Under the pieces are notes generated by a model that did no database searches, was not told the origin of the DNA, and saw only the letters and a program-made list of their open reading frames with translations. This document shows positions 11,268-25,245 of a stretch of DNA of 64,000 nucleotides, piece by piece. The stretch is from assembly GCA_964106645.2 (NCBI GenBank), contig OZ067039.1; one strand, written 5' to 3'. This DNA comes from Podarcis pityusensis (Eukaryota). Every line of letters starts with the position of its first letter. Positions within the stretch are counted from its first letter, which is position 1. Position numbers and translations under genes: made by a program.

Positions 11268-12149
11268 TACTGGATTTAGTTATGCATAGTCCCTCTGGTT
11301 TGCTGCGACTCAACAGCATATCATGGAATCGAGTTTCCTTTCACAAAACAAAAATGTTTATATTAACAGGTTTGGAATTGCTGAGTACTATTAACATACA
11401 AAGTGGTGGTCAGAGGATACTAACTCAATTTTCTGCAGATTCAATTTCCCAGTTATAGGTTGCACGTGCGTATTTCTAGATATATACTTGGGTTAAAAAA
11501 AGAAGAATTCTGGAATAACTCAGTCACAGCATGAGCACTGAATAGTATGGAACAGAAATACAAGTTTTCCAATAAAGGTATACTCAAAATAGAGGACATG
11601 AAATCTAGTTGCATAGTATTCAAAAGCGTAATCTCTAGGAGATGCAGCTATGCTGTAGTCCAAAGAGATGTGTATAGATTAACTTTTTAGTGCAACCTTT
11701 AACTAACAGTTCACCGTGTATTATCACTATTATTCTGAGCAGACTGCAGAAAGAGAAGCATGAAACCCTGGCCAAGGCAATCACACTGAATGTATTTAAG
11801 TTCATGCAGTAGGTTTCTTTTAAAATGCTCAACTGCTGTGTAATTTAAGGTGGAACTTTATAATGTGCGTGTTTCTCAAATATAACTTTGAATATGGAAG
11901 AAATATAATACAAAAAATCCAATTTGTCATTTTCTATAAAACCTCTTACAATTTTGGGTTGCTGAAGGCGCTTATTTTCTCATGCATCCTTGTTTTTGCA
12001 GCCCAGTGCTGTTAATCATTCTTAGGTTTTTCAAAGGACAGCGTAGTGTCTACAGAGTATGTTACATATTTTTAAAAATAAATAAATAAATGGCCCAGGA
12101 CGAGAAAGTCCACTTCAGTCTGCTCTTTACACTGAAGCTCCTAGCTCTT

Positions 12150-12750
12150 GCAGCAGAGATGCAGAGGCGGGAAACGGGAGCGGGGAAAGGGTTGCGTATA
12201 TTGTGCAGCAAAGCTTTTCCAGGATGCGAACGCAGCACGTCCCTGGAAACCGGACATATGACAAAAGTCCCCCGTCTCCACGCGATGCCCTTCTGCCCGC
12301 CTAAGTATTTGCTCTTTCTATCCTCTAAGCCCGGAGCGGATCCGGGAAGGAAGGCTCTGTGGGCAGGGATAGGCAGATAGGGTGGGAGTGCCTAAGGGTA
12401 GCCGCGCCCACCTTCCCGCAGACCCTCCTCTCGCGCGGCGAGGATTTAGGAGGCGGCAGCGGCGGTGGCCTCTGGGTGAGAATTTGCCCTGCTGGGCTTT
12501 GGGGGGCGTGGGCGAGGCTGCTCTCGCGGTCTTTGCTCGAGGTGTGTATTCCCTGGGAAATAATAGCTTACGAGAGGTGGGGAGCCGGTTCGATTTTGGG
12601 GTGGGGTCTTCATTCAGGCCCTGCGGTGGGTGAGCGGGGTGAATGGGATGTATTGCGGTGCTGGAGGAGGCGAGGTCGCGATGGGTTGATTCTGGGAAGG
12701 AGCTTCATCTCTCGGGGGTTCGCCCTTAGGGGGTGGTCTCCATCCTCTTG
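12150..12750 (+). promoter_or_regulatory. TBC1D16: CpG-rich TBC1D16 promoter with probable non-coding exon 1 ending at 12475
   Basis: Local CpG/GC enrichment; donor TCTGG|GTGAGA at 12475/12476; GGCGGGAAA at 12166. The first coding exon has an acceptor upstream of its ATG, so an upstream exon is expected. TSS not determinable. Confidence 0.65.
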
Positions 12751-13633
12751 TAGGTTACCTGCTCAGGGCGCATGTGTTTTGACACTGGTATCTATGGGGA
12801 AATTATGGTGGGAAGCTTGCACTGTAAGTGGCTGTATAGACACTAGGGGTTGACCCTGAGGTTATATGTGCAGAGAAGCCAGTTGTTATACTAGCGAGGC
12901 AGGGAACTGAAGAGAGCCTAGTATTGTGAGCAGGGATTGGCCATTGGGTATTTGAAAGCTGCACACCATAGTGCTCTAGACAAGGGAAATGTAGTCTGAA
13001 GAGGAAGGAGATGAGTGTATGTCACTGTAGAAGGCTTATGATGAATACATGGGCAACATGCTTTCCTTTGGGGTAACTCTCCTAGGTACATCTATTTATA
13101 TGTACTATGGTTCATATGTCTTTTTTGCAGTGCATTAAGCATATCCTTCTGTTATGTGACTGGCAGAGGAATGAATGTTTTTTTCTTGTTTTTTAATGTA
13201 CCTCTTCAGTCACACTAGATTACCCTGGGCTGGTATGCCAAGTTCCTTGGTTGCATTTGTATGTGGCATTTTTCTTTCACTGATTAACACTTAGAAATAA
13301 TTCATCTTGGCAGGGAAAGGGTGGGGAATGACACACAATACATGGTATTCTGGTGCAGAAAAGCTGTGAGTTAGACACGATCTCTCCCCCCCCAATCCCC
13401 CCCTTCCTGGAACACAGTGGTGAAATTGGAACCTTTACTCGCTAGTTATTTGGCAGGATGTAGCAGCAATCAGTTTCTAAGAAGACATATGTAGCATGCC
13501 TGATGAAGATCCTGCTAGGTGATCCTCATGTTTTGTGTTATGCTTATTTTAAAAGCTTGCCTTGGCAGTTGTGTCAATATGTAAATGTCATGATTGGGGT
13601 GGGGTGGGGCAGGGAGAGCCCTTATGTGGAATA

Positions 13634-13962
13634 AAAAAGATAAAGGGACCCCTGACCATTAGGTCCAGTCGTGACCGACTCTGGGGTTGCGGCGCTCATC
13701 TCGCTTTATTGGCTGAGGGAGCAGGCGTACAGCTTCCGGGTCATGTGGCGAACCAGAGCAGCGTACAGAAACGCTGTTTACCTTCCTGCCAGAGCAGTAC
13801 CTATTTATCTACTTGCACTTTGACGTGCTTTCGAACTGCTAGGTTGGCAGGAGCAGGGACCGAGCAACGGGCGCTCAACCCATCGCAGGGATTCGAACCA
13901 CCGACCTTCTGATCGGCAAGTCCTAGGCTCTGGTTTAACCCACAACGCCACCCGCATCTCAT
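13634..13962 (-). mobile_element. Sauria SINE
   Basis: Sauria SINE body; TSD ttatgtggaata at 13622 and 13963. Confidence 0.85.
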
Positions 13963-14316
13963 TTATGTGGAATAGTAGCCTATTAATCCTGTGTAGAATT
14001 GGGCATGCTTAACTGCATAGGATCAGGCTATTGATGAGCAGACCATTCTGCTCACTTTTTGATTTACAGAGCTTCTGCCAGCAGTGGAAGAGGTTGTGGC
14101 TTTCCTTTTCTCCCCACAACCTGAATACAATGAATAATTCATATTAGCCCGAGAGGCCATAAAGTATGGATCTCATAGCATATGGGGTCAATACCAATGT
14201 ACAGTTGAGTCCCCAGGCTCAGAGCATAAAAGGCCACAAGCATAATAAGAGACATAGTCTCTCCTTTCTACCTAGTATAATTCGATTTTTGTGTAGTCAT
14301 GTCCCATGTGTAGTTA

Positions 14317-14542
14317 CAGTGGTACCTCAGGTTAAGTATTTAATTCATTCTGGAGGTCCGTACTTAACCTGAAACTGTTCTTAACCTGAAGCACCACTTT
14401 AGCTAATGGGGCCTCTTGCTGCTGCCGCGCTGCCAGAGCCCGATTTCTGTTCTTATCCTGAAGCAAAGTTCTTAACCTGAAGCACTATTTCTGGGTTAGC
14501 GGAGTATGTAACCTGAAGCGTATGTAACCTGAGGTACAGCTG
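14317..14542 (-). mobile_element. Tc1/mariner MITE family A
   Basis: TIRs and TA TSD; reverse orientation relative to 11026. Confidence 0.85.
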
Positions 14543-17064
14543 TATTTCTTCCTTCTCCAAACTTCTATGTTTAAATAACACGGTAACTGAGGTGTTTCAA
14601 TGCATTCAGGATATTACCAATGAAGTTTATTTTATTTAATATTTTATTAATTGAATTTATATTGCCTATACCCGGGGGTCTCAGGGTGGTTCACAAAATA
14701 AAAAGTTACAGCAACGTATGTCTAACAAGCTAATAGTCTTTTGGTCATGCATGCATTCTCTTGGAAGGCAGTTCCCTTTGGAAAGGGGAACAAAACCACT
14801 GGGAGCCATTCTCTCCTATTCATGCAGTACATAACATTCTACAGTAAGTATAGATTTGGCACTAGGAATCGGAATGGTTCTTCCGTTGTCCATATACTTG
14901 AAATAATAACTTCTAAGTAAGCTATTATTTAAAATAAGTCTTAAAGTACAGTTGATGGTGGAGAAGGTGTTAAAAGACACAGTTGCTCTTCCTGTTACTA
15001 AGACATGCACAAAAAAATCCCACTAGGGAAGTAGTTTGAAGGGGTGATGTGTCAGGAAGGAAGGTTTTAAAAACAAGCATGACTAGCCTGCGCCAAAAGT
15101 ACAGTGTAAAATTGGGTAGATATAAAACCATGCTTGCTAGTATGTTAAAGGGAAAAGGCTGGCAGCAAAGTCCTTTGAGTTTAGGTGATGGTTTAAAAAA
15201 GGTTTTTCAGCAAGGAGCAATGCAAAGTTGCAAGAGGATTTCAGTTGAGGTGGAACCACAGCTGCAACATAGTTGTTGATGATGACAGGGCTGTAGCATG
15301 TGGCGTGTAGATTTGGAACATCAGAGAACCTGCTTACGCTGAGCAGAGGAGTTAGGCCCCTAGGAATGCACCTGTAAATACCAGGGCTGGGCTGAGGCTT
15401 TAGCACAGATTAGTCTTTGACGTACACGTTATAGGAGTTCGTCTCTCGCTTTGCACACAGGCCAGTAATCAGGAGATCAAATGAGATGGTGGTTTGGTGA
15501 GTAGGAGATGAGCAAAGGCTTTTGACTCGGAAGACCAAGAAGTGGTACTGTATACTTAAGCAATCCCCAATTAACTTTTAAGTAGAGGAAGGGTGTTGGT
15601 GGTTTTAAGAGTTGGGAATGAAGTTAAGGAAAAGGCCAAGACCAGCTGAGGTACAGGACAGGAGTTGGACAGAGATTGCTGCGCACACACACAAGTGCAC
15701 GATTCCAGGACAACTTGTCCAGTGAATGTTCTAGGTGGGAGGAAGCTTCCTCATACTTTCTGCCAAGATTACAGTGGTTTTTGGAGGTTTGAGCCACCAG
15801 GCAGAAGCAAGCAAACAAGCAGTTAGGAAACATCACAGAGATCTCACAGGAGCAGGAGTCAAGAATCCAGCAGTGGTTGAACTGGTGAACTGGAAGCAAT
15901 AGATAGCCAGACTCAACAGGAGGCAAAGAGTAGAGATAGTCTGGATGAGGTGGGGTGCTGTGTTCCATTAAAGTTAGCAAACCAGGCATTCAAAGTTGTT
16001 TTCAAGCTGAGGATGTCAGAAAGACTGTCACCAGTATTGTGGTTGTAATATTGGTGGCTGTTTAATAGTTGCATGAGCACCTAATTGTGGAATAGCACCT
16101 TACAGAAAAATGGAACGCTGGTTTATATCCCTGGGTAGTTTTGAAAATAAAAGTATGTGAGTTTTGTTGCTGTGGACAGTTTAAGGCAGTGTTTTTAAAG
16201 TTTGTACTTTCATAAAACCTTCTCCAAATCTATGTGCCTTTGGGTATCTGCCCAGAACCCCTGTGTATTGGGAAGGGTGTTTCACCCCAGAACACATTCA
16301 TTTGGTGGTAACTGGTCAGACTTCTTGGGCCTTGCCATCATCCTGAGTGAAGGAGAAATCACCCCAACCTTCTTTACAGCTGCACATTTCAGGGCAAGAT
16401 TGGTAATGATGCATAAGCCAACTTTGTAAAGAATCTTAATGTCCTAGAAAGCCCTGATAAGCGTCCAGGAAGCTCCAGGATTTCATAGAACACAGCTTGA
16501 AAACCACGGTGCTGAAGTGATGTGGAAGGTTTGTCAAGTGGTAGGTAAGCTGATGGCACTGCTTGGACCAGATAATGAGAGCTGAGCTGGGGAGAAGTGC
16601 TGTGCTGATCTTCTTGCGTAAGAGCTCAGGCCTGACCTAACAAGGAAGTTTACTTAGCAGAGCAAAAGTTGATAACGTTCCTTCCTTAAAACATGATTTA
16701 ATCAGCTTCCAGTGAGCTCATTCTTTTAAAGGACTTACTCATTTCTTTGAGTCATTTATTTGTACATGATTCTGGGCTGTGAGGTGCACGTTCACTGCAG
16801 TGCCAGAGCACTGTAGCTGGTCTAGAATATGTTATGTTTTGTAAATGGGTGATTGAGAAGCTATTGTGCTCAGCTCCTCAGGGTGTGCTCCTAAGAAGCA
16901 GAAATCCCTTGGGGGAATATTCTTCTCAAGAGGCTTGTCTGGTATGCCTCAAAAGGACTCTTGGATATCTGCTTGCTTGCTTGCTTGCTTGCTTGCTTAT
17001 TTATTTATTTATTTGATCTTCTGCCCAATGGTTATAAGAGAACTCTCTTAGAGATGCTCTAAGA

Positions 17065-17686
17065 TAGGCATGTCCAAAGTCCATTTGGGGGTCCTCATCT
17101 GGCCCTGTGGCCGGTTTCATCCAGCCCGTGTGGCAGTTTATTTATTGGGGTCAAATCCTTAATAAAGCTCAACAAGTTCAATCCTCAGCAACTTTGATCA
17201 GCCCTCATGCATGTTCACTTCATCAAATCTGCCCCTCTTTAGTAATAATAGTAGTAATAATAATAATAATAATAATAATTTATTATTTATACCCCACTCA
17301 TCTGCCTGGGTTTCCCCAGCCACTCAGGGCGGCTTCCAACTGAATATTAAAAACAATACAACATCAGACATTAAAAACTTCCCTAAACAGGGCTGCCTTC
17401 AGTTGTCTTTTAAAGGTAAAATAGTTGATTATTGCCTTGACATCTGCTGGGAGGGCGTTCCACAGGGCAGGCGCCACTACCGAGAAGGCCCTCTGCCTGG
17501 TTCCCTGTAACCTCTCTTCTCGCAGTGAGAGAACTGCCAGAAGGCCCTAGGCGTTGGACCTCAGTGTCCGGGCTGAACGATGGGGGTGGAGACGCTCCTT
17601 CAGGTATACAGGACCGAGGCTGTTTAGGGCTTTAAAGGTCAGCACCAACACTTTGAATTGTGCTCAGAAACGTTTGGGCACCCCTT
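17065..17686. mobile_element. hAT non-autonomous element carrying a nested L2 3' fragment (about 17243-17670, minus)
   Basis: 8-bp TSD ctctaaga at both ends; ends similar to the 39334 element. Insert reads RAFSVVAPALWNALP on the minus strand (L2-clade C-terminus) and has an (ATT)n tail. Confidence 0.8.
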
Positions 17687-18039
17687 CTCTAAGAGGTCTG
17701 TAGATTATCTTGAGAGAGATTGTCCATGTTTAAACTTCCTCTGGAGTGAATAACCACCAGTTATTGTGCACCAGAGATAATATATATATATATGCAAGGT
17801 TTCTTTCATCCTTTACTTCACAAAGTACATTATAATCTGTGTTCAGTCTTGCAACCACCCTTGTGAAGTAGGTAACTTCTGATCCCATTTTACAGGTGAC
17901 ACTGTACAATGAGTTGTAGCTGCTGTGATCGATGCCAGCGGAAGCACAGTCCTTTGCACGGCTTTGGCACTCTCTTGGGCAAGAGAGGTGAGTAGTGCTT
18001 ACTCATGCTGCTGTTTCCAGAAAACCTCCCCTAAGTTGT

Positions 18040-18305
18040 GTGGTGCATAGTATTAAAGGGGTGGTGGTGGATCTGGACCACTGTACTAAAGCCACTGTAC
18101 TAAAGCCAGTGTGGAGACTGAGCTACAATTCAGTCTCTGGTTCTAATTTCATCCCAGTCACAAACTCACTAGGAGACCCATCTCCCCATCTGCAGCATGG
18201 GAATAGCAAGGCTGTCCTACCTTGCAGGGTCGTTGCAAGGGTTACCGCAAGATAATGTATGTCAAGTGCATTGCTGAGCACCCATAAAGTGCTGCGTAAA
18301 TACTA
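18040..18305 (+). mobile_element. Old MIR/CORE-type SINE
   Basis: Core-like ccccatctg...atggg...cctacctt.cagggt.gttg.aagg and gataatgtatgt.aagtgc. Confidence 0.5.
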
Positions 18306-20855
18306 ATTGAAATTCTGCAGCTGTTTCTTCCCTTGCAACAATACAGTTACACTTTGCAAATAGCAATAGTCAATATTTGGATTTGCCCCGTCAGAAACTT
18401 GATTAGCTGAGGGCAGGGACTGAAGGCGTGTAGGGGTTAGGATCTTCCAGATACCGTCCCAGATGGGAGTGCCCATTGTTTTAACAGTTCCTGGGAAGTA
18501 AGACTAGCCGCCCCCACCAAGAAATATAGTCTCCTCCTTGGCACTGATGCTTTCCATTGTCGTGTTTTCTCTCCTTCCCTCCCTTTTTTTTTTGTTTGCC
18601 TTGCAAATATAGCAAAGTACTTTGTGAATTCAGAAACAGTGCCTACTTGAAAGAGATGAAATTGCCATGGTTGCCCCTTGTTTTAGTAATGTCTTTGGCT
18701 GCAATCCTAAACCCACTTACATGGGAATAAGCCCCATTGAATTCAGTAGCACTTATTTCTGAGTAGATATGGTTAGAATTGAATAGTTAGTTGGATTACT
18801 GTAATTCCTTATATGTGAAGCTGATTTTGGGGGGGAGGAAAAAGTCTTGGGAAACTTGAATGATCCAGCCGTAATATAGCTAGTCCTTAAACATCTACAC
18901 TAGCTTCTGGTGTATATGGGATGTAATTCAAAGTGCTGTTTTTGACCTTTAAAGTTCAAAGCACATTGGTGTCAGGATATCTAGAAGACCATTTTCTTCT
19001 GTATGAACCTACCTGTTAGCTGAGGTCTTCATATTGGGCCCTTCCCATCTTTGAAGGTCAGGCAGCTATCTATTGAGGAGCAGGGCTTTTTTGTGGTGGT
19101 GCTATATCTATGGAATATCTTCCCAAATGAGCTCTTCTTTGGTGCCTTACTTATTGGCAACAGGTTAAAAACTGTTTTATCCTCTCATTGTTATGGGCAG
19201 TCATACTTTGCCCTTTTTTGCTATGATTTTACTGGTTGCTTTCCACTGCTGCTTCTTTTGTTTAGTCTTTTGTGCATTTGCTGTTTATAAGCTACCTGGA
19301 TTTCATCGTGTTTTAAATTGTATCCCTTGGATGCCTGGAAAGCCATTTGCTGAAAATGCAGGATATAAATATTTGTGTGGTTTTTTTTAAGGAAACAAAT
19401 AACTAAAGAAGGAAGTGTATTGCATACTTGAGTTTTAGGTTCTTCATTTTCTTGCACGTGATGTTAGAGGAAGCACCGACTATGCTTTCGTTGCAGTTAC
19501 AGTAAGAACTCAAAAGTTCTTGTATGTAACCTGTTAAGTCCCCCTCCCCTCACAACCAGCAATGAAGCCAGGCATCCCAGTTCCTGCTGCATCCATCTTT
19601 TGATACGGGACCATTCTTCCGCACACTTGGCTTGTAGCAAAACTCTTAATCAAATACAGCTCCCTCTTCTGAATATGCCTTTCGATTCCATGGCAGCTCT
19701 TGGGACCTCTGCACTGCTGCAGTAATTTCTATTGTGTAATTTTAATGGTATGGCCACACTCCTTCGTCTTGAATAGAGAAATGCAAAATAAATTGGTTTG
19801 CAATATTAATTCTTTGTGTGCGATTGAATCTTCTGCTTATACCCATCTGCCCCCGTGCTTTTCACAGTCCTTTTTATCTTTTCTCTTACTGTTCTTTGTT
19901 TCTGTGCTAATTTTGTAATGGGGAAATTTCAAGAAGAGCTGTGCATATCTATATTTCCCATTTCCCATCCCCCCCCCTTCTGACTTTCCCATAGTTGGCT
20001 GGGGCATTGCATAAATCTTCAGTGCTTTGCTGCAGGGAGCATGCTGCCTTGCATGCCTTTCAAACATTACTGGGTTCTTGTAACTGTGCCAAGTCTTCAA
20101 TAAGAAATCCATCCTCCCAGCCAGACCATTCCCAAAAGCCATTCCTCTTTCTGATAAAGAAGAAACGTGCAGCCGGAGCAAGTGAGCAGCCCTGCCAACA
20201 GGATCTTCGGCTGTTTGTTCAAAAGGGATGGGCCTTAGAAGAAAGCAGCCAACTGTTTCTGCTGGCCCAGGCACTTCTTTGCTGATGAGAAGGCCTGGGG
20301 GTTATCCAGTTGCTGCCTGCCTCCAGGGGCATTGCCCATGAAAGTAGCCAGTAGCTGACTGGAAGTACGCTGTGGGCTGCAGCGCAGGTGTTCAGCAGTA
20401 GCAGCAGCAGCTGAGTGTGGGAGGAAATTAATAGGGCATGAGCAATTATTATTTTTTAAGGCAGCTGGGATTTTATTTCACCGCACATGATTGCATCACA
20501 GGTGGGGGAGAGCACTGAAGGGCCAGCTTCACAAATTGCTTGCTGTTTCCAAACATGAGGAACTGGACTCTCCAAACCTGAAATTTCTGCAGTACGTGAT
20601 TTAAAACAGGAATTGTTTTAGAGCGTGATGCCACAGCACTAATCTCCTGTCTGCACCAAGGCCTTGCATCATGTTTACTTGGGAATATGCCCCAAGAAGT
20701 GTCTGTCCTCAGAGCCTGCAATGTAGGCATGCTCTGCGCATTACTTGGAGCAGTGCGGTCGCTTCCATGTTACTCTGGGGTTCCTCCTACACAGTTCAGG
20801 TGAACTGTGTGCCACTTACATTGTTGACATGCTGTGCACCTCCCAAAAGAGAATA

Positions 20856-21096
20856 CAGTGGTACCTCAGGTTAAGAACTTAATTCGTTCCGGAGGTCCGT
20901 TCTTAACCTGAAACTGTTCTTAACCTGAGGTACCACTTTAGCTAATGGGGCCTCCCGCTGCCGCCTGCCACCAGAGCACGATTTCTGTTCCCATCTTGAA
21001 GCAAAGTTCTTAACCCGAGGTAATATTTCTGGGTTAGTGGAGTCTGTAACCTGAAGCATATGTAACCTGAAGCGTATGTAACCCGAGGTACCACTG
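20856..21096 (-). mobile_element. Tc1/mariner MITE family A
   Basis: TIRs and TA TSD. Confidence 0.88.
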
Positions 21097-21098
21097 TA

Positions 21099-21943
21099 CC
21101 ATACTTTTCCATGTATAAGATGCCTCCATGTATGTGATGACCCCTATTTATTTGAACCCAAAATTAAGAAAACAAAACCCTAAACCAGAAGTGAAAATTT
21201 GGATGAGCGGTGGCAGCAAGTTGTTGATCTTTTTTTGGGCGATCACCCTCAAAGTTTCCAGCATGAGGTGCGCATGCAGTGCTGCTCCGTGGTGCAGAAT
21301 CAAAGGCAGCAGTTGGGGCACCGCATGTGGCAGCTGCTGCTGCAGGGAAGCGAGGGGAAGGAGGCTCCCAAGCAGAATACCAAGGAAGAGCCAGGGGAGG
21401 GCAGCGCCCACTGTGGGCCAGGCTAGGCCGTCAAGCAAACTGAGCTGAGGAAGGTGGTGAGTGGGCTGGGGGCAGGGTGGGAGTTTGAGAGGGGAAGCGG
21501 AAAAAGAGGAAAGAGCAAGGAGAGGCAGCTGTGATATTAATGCTGCATTCTTATTTTTAGATTTTGATTCATGTGGAAATTGTTTTCCACTTGGTTGTGT
21601 ATTTTTTAGATGTGGTTTATTTATTGTTTATGACTTTTTAAAATTATGTAAATCTTGTCATGTTGTAAGTCGGCTTGAGCATTGTTTTTAACTATGGAAA
21701 GGCAGCATACAAATAAAATGATGATGAGGAGGCAGTTTGCAGTGGCAGCTGCTCTCGCTCCGGTGGTCGAGCCAGCGAGCGCTTCAGGAGGCAGCAGGAG
21801 GAACTGCCTCAGCCCGCCCAAGCCAAAATCCCGGATATATGCTTAAATATTTAAAAAAATCCCTCCAGATGCCCATGTTCTGTGTACAAGACAACCCCAG
21901 GTTTTTTACTATTTTTTAAAATCTTATACACGGAAAAATACGG
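21099..21943. mobile_element. Non-autonomous Tc1/mariner (Tc2/pogo-like) element with GC-rich interior
   Basis: TA|CCATACTTTTCCATGTATAAGA...TCTTATACACGGAAAAATACGG|TA imperfect TIRs. Confidence 0.7.
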
Positions 21944-22568
21944 TACGTTGCTTCTGTGTTTTGTAAACATGATGCACGTCTGAGCCATGTGGAAAGAAGG
22001 TTATACATTGCTGGGATGCAGTGGCATTAACCATAGAAGCAGAGCAACCATGCTGTGCCCACTGATACATTCATAGGAGCACAGGAATCTGCTTTACACA
22101 GAGTCGGACCATTGGTTTACTTAGCTCCGTGTTGCCTGTATCAGTATTCCCCAGCCTCCAGATGTTGGTGGACTGCAACTCTCATTGCCCATGGCCATTA
22201 AGCTATGCTTTTTTGGACTTATGGGAGATGGAGTCCATCATGTCTGAAAAGCACCAGGCTGGGAAGGCTGGTCTACTGTAGCAGGCAGCAGCTCACCAGG
22301 GTTTCAGACAGGGGTCTTTCACCTGCCCAAACTAGAGAGACCAGATTGAACCTGGGACCTTCTGCAGGAAAAGCAGGTGCACTACTGCTTATCTGTGGCC
22401 CTAATGGCTTGGGATTGATGCAACCACTTTTCTCCTCCCGGCCTGATAAGCCCTGTGTTCTCTGAAATGTAGTATTCATGTCATATGCTGTCTTGGGTTT
22501 CCCAAGCACTGTCATTCAGAGGTTCTTATGCCTGTTGAACAACACCCTTTGTGTGTAGAGATCAAGTT

Positions 22569-22830
22569 CATAGAATCATAGAATCATAGAGTTGGAAGAG
22601 ACCACAAGGGCCATCGAGTCCAACCCCCTGCCAAGCAGGAAACACCGTCAGAGCACTCCTGACATATGGTTGTCAAGCCTCTGCTTAAAGACCTCCAAAG
22701 AAGGAGACTCCACCACACTCCTTGGCAGCAAATTCCACTGTCGAACAGCTCTTACTGTCAGGAAGTTCTTCCTAATGTTTAGGCGGAATCTTCTTTCTTG
22801 TAGTTTGGATCCATTGCTCCGTGTCCGCTT
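22569..22830 (-). mobile_element. CR1 LINE 3' fragment
   Basis: (CATAGAAT)n terminal repeat followed by typical CR1 3' sequence. Confidence 0.8.
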
Positions 22831-25003
22831 CAGTGTAGGATTAGTTCAGTGTAGGATTAGGTGGCATGTTTGTTTGCTTTTAGATCCTCATCGTGGGCAA
22901 AAAACCAAACAAAAAAAACCCCTTTTCATGTTCAACAGCTGCTTTGCTTTTGCTCAGCAAAAGCTGGTGATAATGCGAGGCTGCTTTTCATTCCATAAGG
23001 GGGTCAATCTACTGCTGCTTCAGGCCCCTGGAGAAAATAGCTGGGAAAACATGTGAGTTTGTGCCTGAGCAGGCCAGATTCCCCCCCCCCCCACCTCTTT
23101 CTTCCAGAGGAAATGCTGCCTTTGCATTTTCCCCCTCTGTGGATGCATCTGCTGCTCCCTGACTCTGCCAGTAAGACGCTACTACATCATGACACTGTCA
23201 CACAAGCTCAACAATACACAAGGCGTGCTGCACAATACAGGGGAACAACATGGCTGCAAGCAGTTTTGCTTCTCTTTGCATCTTCGTTTTGTCTGCGTTT
23301 TTCAGTGAGACGAGAGATATACATGGATCAAGAACTTTTGAGCCTGGTTTGACCTGGAAGTGTGTGTTTGGCAGTAGTGGAGAGTAGCATGTGAAATTTC
23401 AAAGATGTCTTGGTGAAATAACCGGGTCACCTTATCAGAATGTTTAAGGAATATACTCCTCCATAAGGATGATGGGATGCACTTTCTGAAAACCAGCATC
23501 TTAAGAGCTGCCCTCTGGCAAATTACTCTCAAATCTGTGTAGTTCCTTAACATGCTTCCTCACTTGAACCCTAGTAAGGAAGTGCTGCAGCCATTGTAGT
23601 GCCAGGTGCATGGTACAGATGGAATAGGCTTTAATTCAGGAGTGGCTAACCTGTTTTGGCCTGAGGACCGCATTGGAGGTGCATGCCAGTGGTGGGCATG
23701 GCCACTGTATGTTCATTTTCATGTTTGCACACATACATATCGCAACTGCATTCATGCATATACAGTACACACACAGACGACACATGTAGCATGCATACAT
23801 ATCAGCAGGCAGATGAACACATTCTATCTGTGTGTGGAGATCATACCACTAGGGAAGGAGGAGGCTGTCCTCCCTGCCCAGCACTGCAAAAATGTACTGC
23901 CTCTGCTTTAATATAGAGGAGAAGTATGCCCTGCCTCCCCTCCCATGGTACATACATGCTGCTGCAGTGGAGGAAAGGAAAACCCATGTTCTCTAGGTAA
24001 TGGGGTTGGCAGAAGGTGCAAAGGGAGATGTTCTAGAAGGAAAGGGGGAAAGCCATAATTTTAAGAACAGGTAGAAAGTGAACTATTTGTGTGTATAAAT
24101 AGCTTCTTGGCTTTTATATAGTGTGATTTTTAGGTCTGTTGCTATTAGTGCCTCTGCCTTTTTTTGTTTCCTCCTTCCTTCTCTCCTTTGTGCATCTCTG
24201 ACTGTCTCTCTCCTGTATCTGCATGTGTTAGCTTATACATGCATTTCCCCCGGTCTGCTTTCCTGTTAATTATTTAGGGGGACAGGCACACAGTAAGGTT
24301 TGATCTAGGCTTGCTTGCTGATATTTCTCTTTCTTTCATTTTCTACCTGTCTTTTCATGCACAGACTAAAAGCACTTGAATCTGGCATTGCAGCGGATGC
24401 CTCACCTGGTATATCCAGGTGTTGTTACAGGGACCATAGAAACCAGACCAGGTTAAGCTGACCCTGTGAACAAAGAGTACTGACTAAAAAGGAACAACTG
24501 TGCTTGGAGGGGAGGCTTTGAGTGGGATCAGTTTTCCCATGGCTTGTTTTTTTCTGGTGGACCTTTGGAGCCAGTTCATATCTGAAGCTGGTGATGGCAG
24601 GAATGTGTTGCTGGACAAGCTCCATTTTCAAGAGGAGTCAGAGGCTATGTATACAGAGGCTTGTCACTATGCTACAAAGGAAACAATAGCCACGGCAGTT
24701 CCCAAATTGCACTCCTGGGCAAGGTGTTCCCAACATCACTCTGCAGAGATCCAAAGGAAATAAGTGATGATGGCAGAAATGCTTATTGAAAATACCTGGT
24801 GCATTCTCAGCTAAAATTCATCCTCCTTTTCAGACAGCTTCTGTTCCAAAATGTGATTGCATAGCTCTTGAAGAAAGTCCCTCTGTTGTTACATATTAAG
24901 GTGGTATGGAGAGGGAAAGAGGATGGGGTTTTTTGGGAGGGGGTGTTCCCTCATTTTTTCTGGGCCACCTCATCTCTCTGTTGAACGGCAGACAAGAACT
25001 CTA

Positions 25004-25245
25004 CAGTGGTACCTCGGGTTACATATGCTTCAGGTTACATACGCTTCAGGTTACAGACTCCGCTAACCCAGAAATAGTGCTTCAGGTTAAGAACTTTGCT
25101 TCAGGATAAGAACATTAATTGGGCTCCGGTGGCGCAGCAGCAGCAGGAGGCCCCATTAGCTAAAGTGGTGCTTCAGGTTAAGAACAGTTTCAGGTTAAGA
25201 ACAGACCTCCGGAACGAATTAAGTACTTAACCCGAGGTACCACTG
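25004..25245 (+). mobile_element. Tc1/mariner MITE family A
   Basis: TIRs and TA TSD. Confidence 0.88.

Noticed and set aside
12090-12853. ORFs over the TBC1D16 promoter
   Set aside because: Stop-poor GC-rich sequence with no protein similarity.
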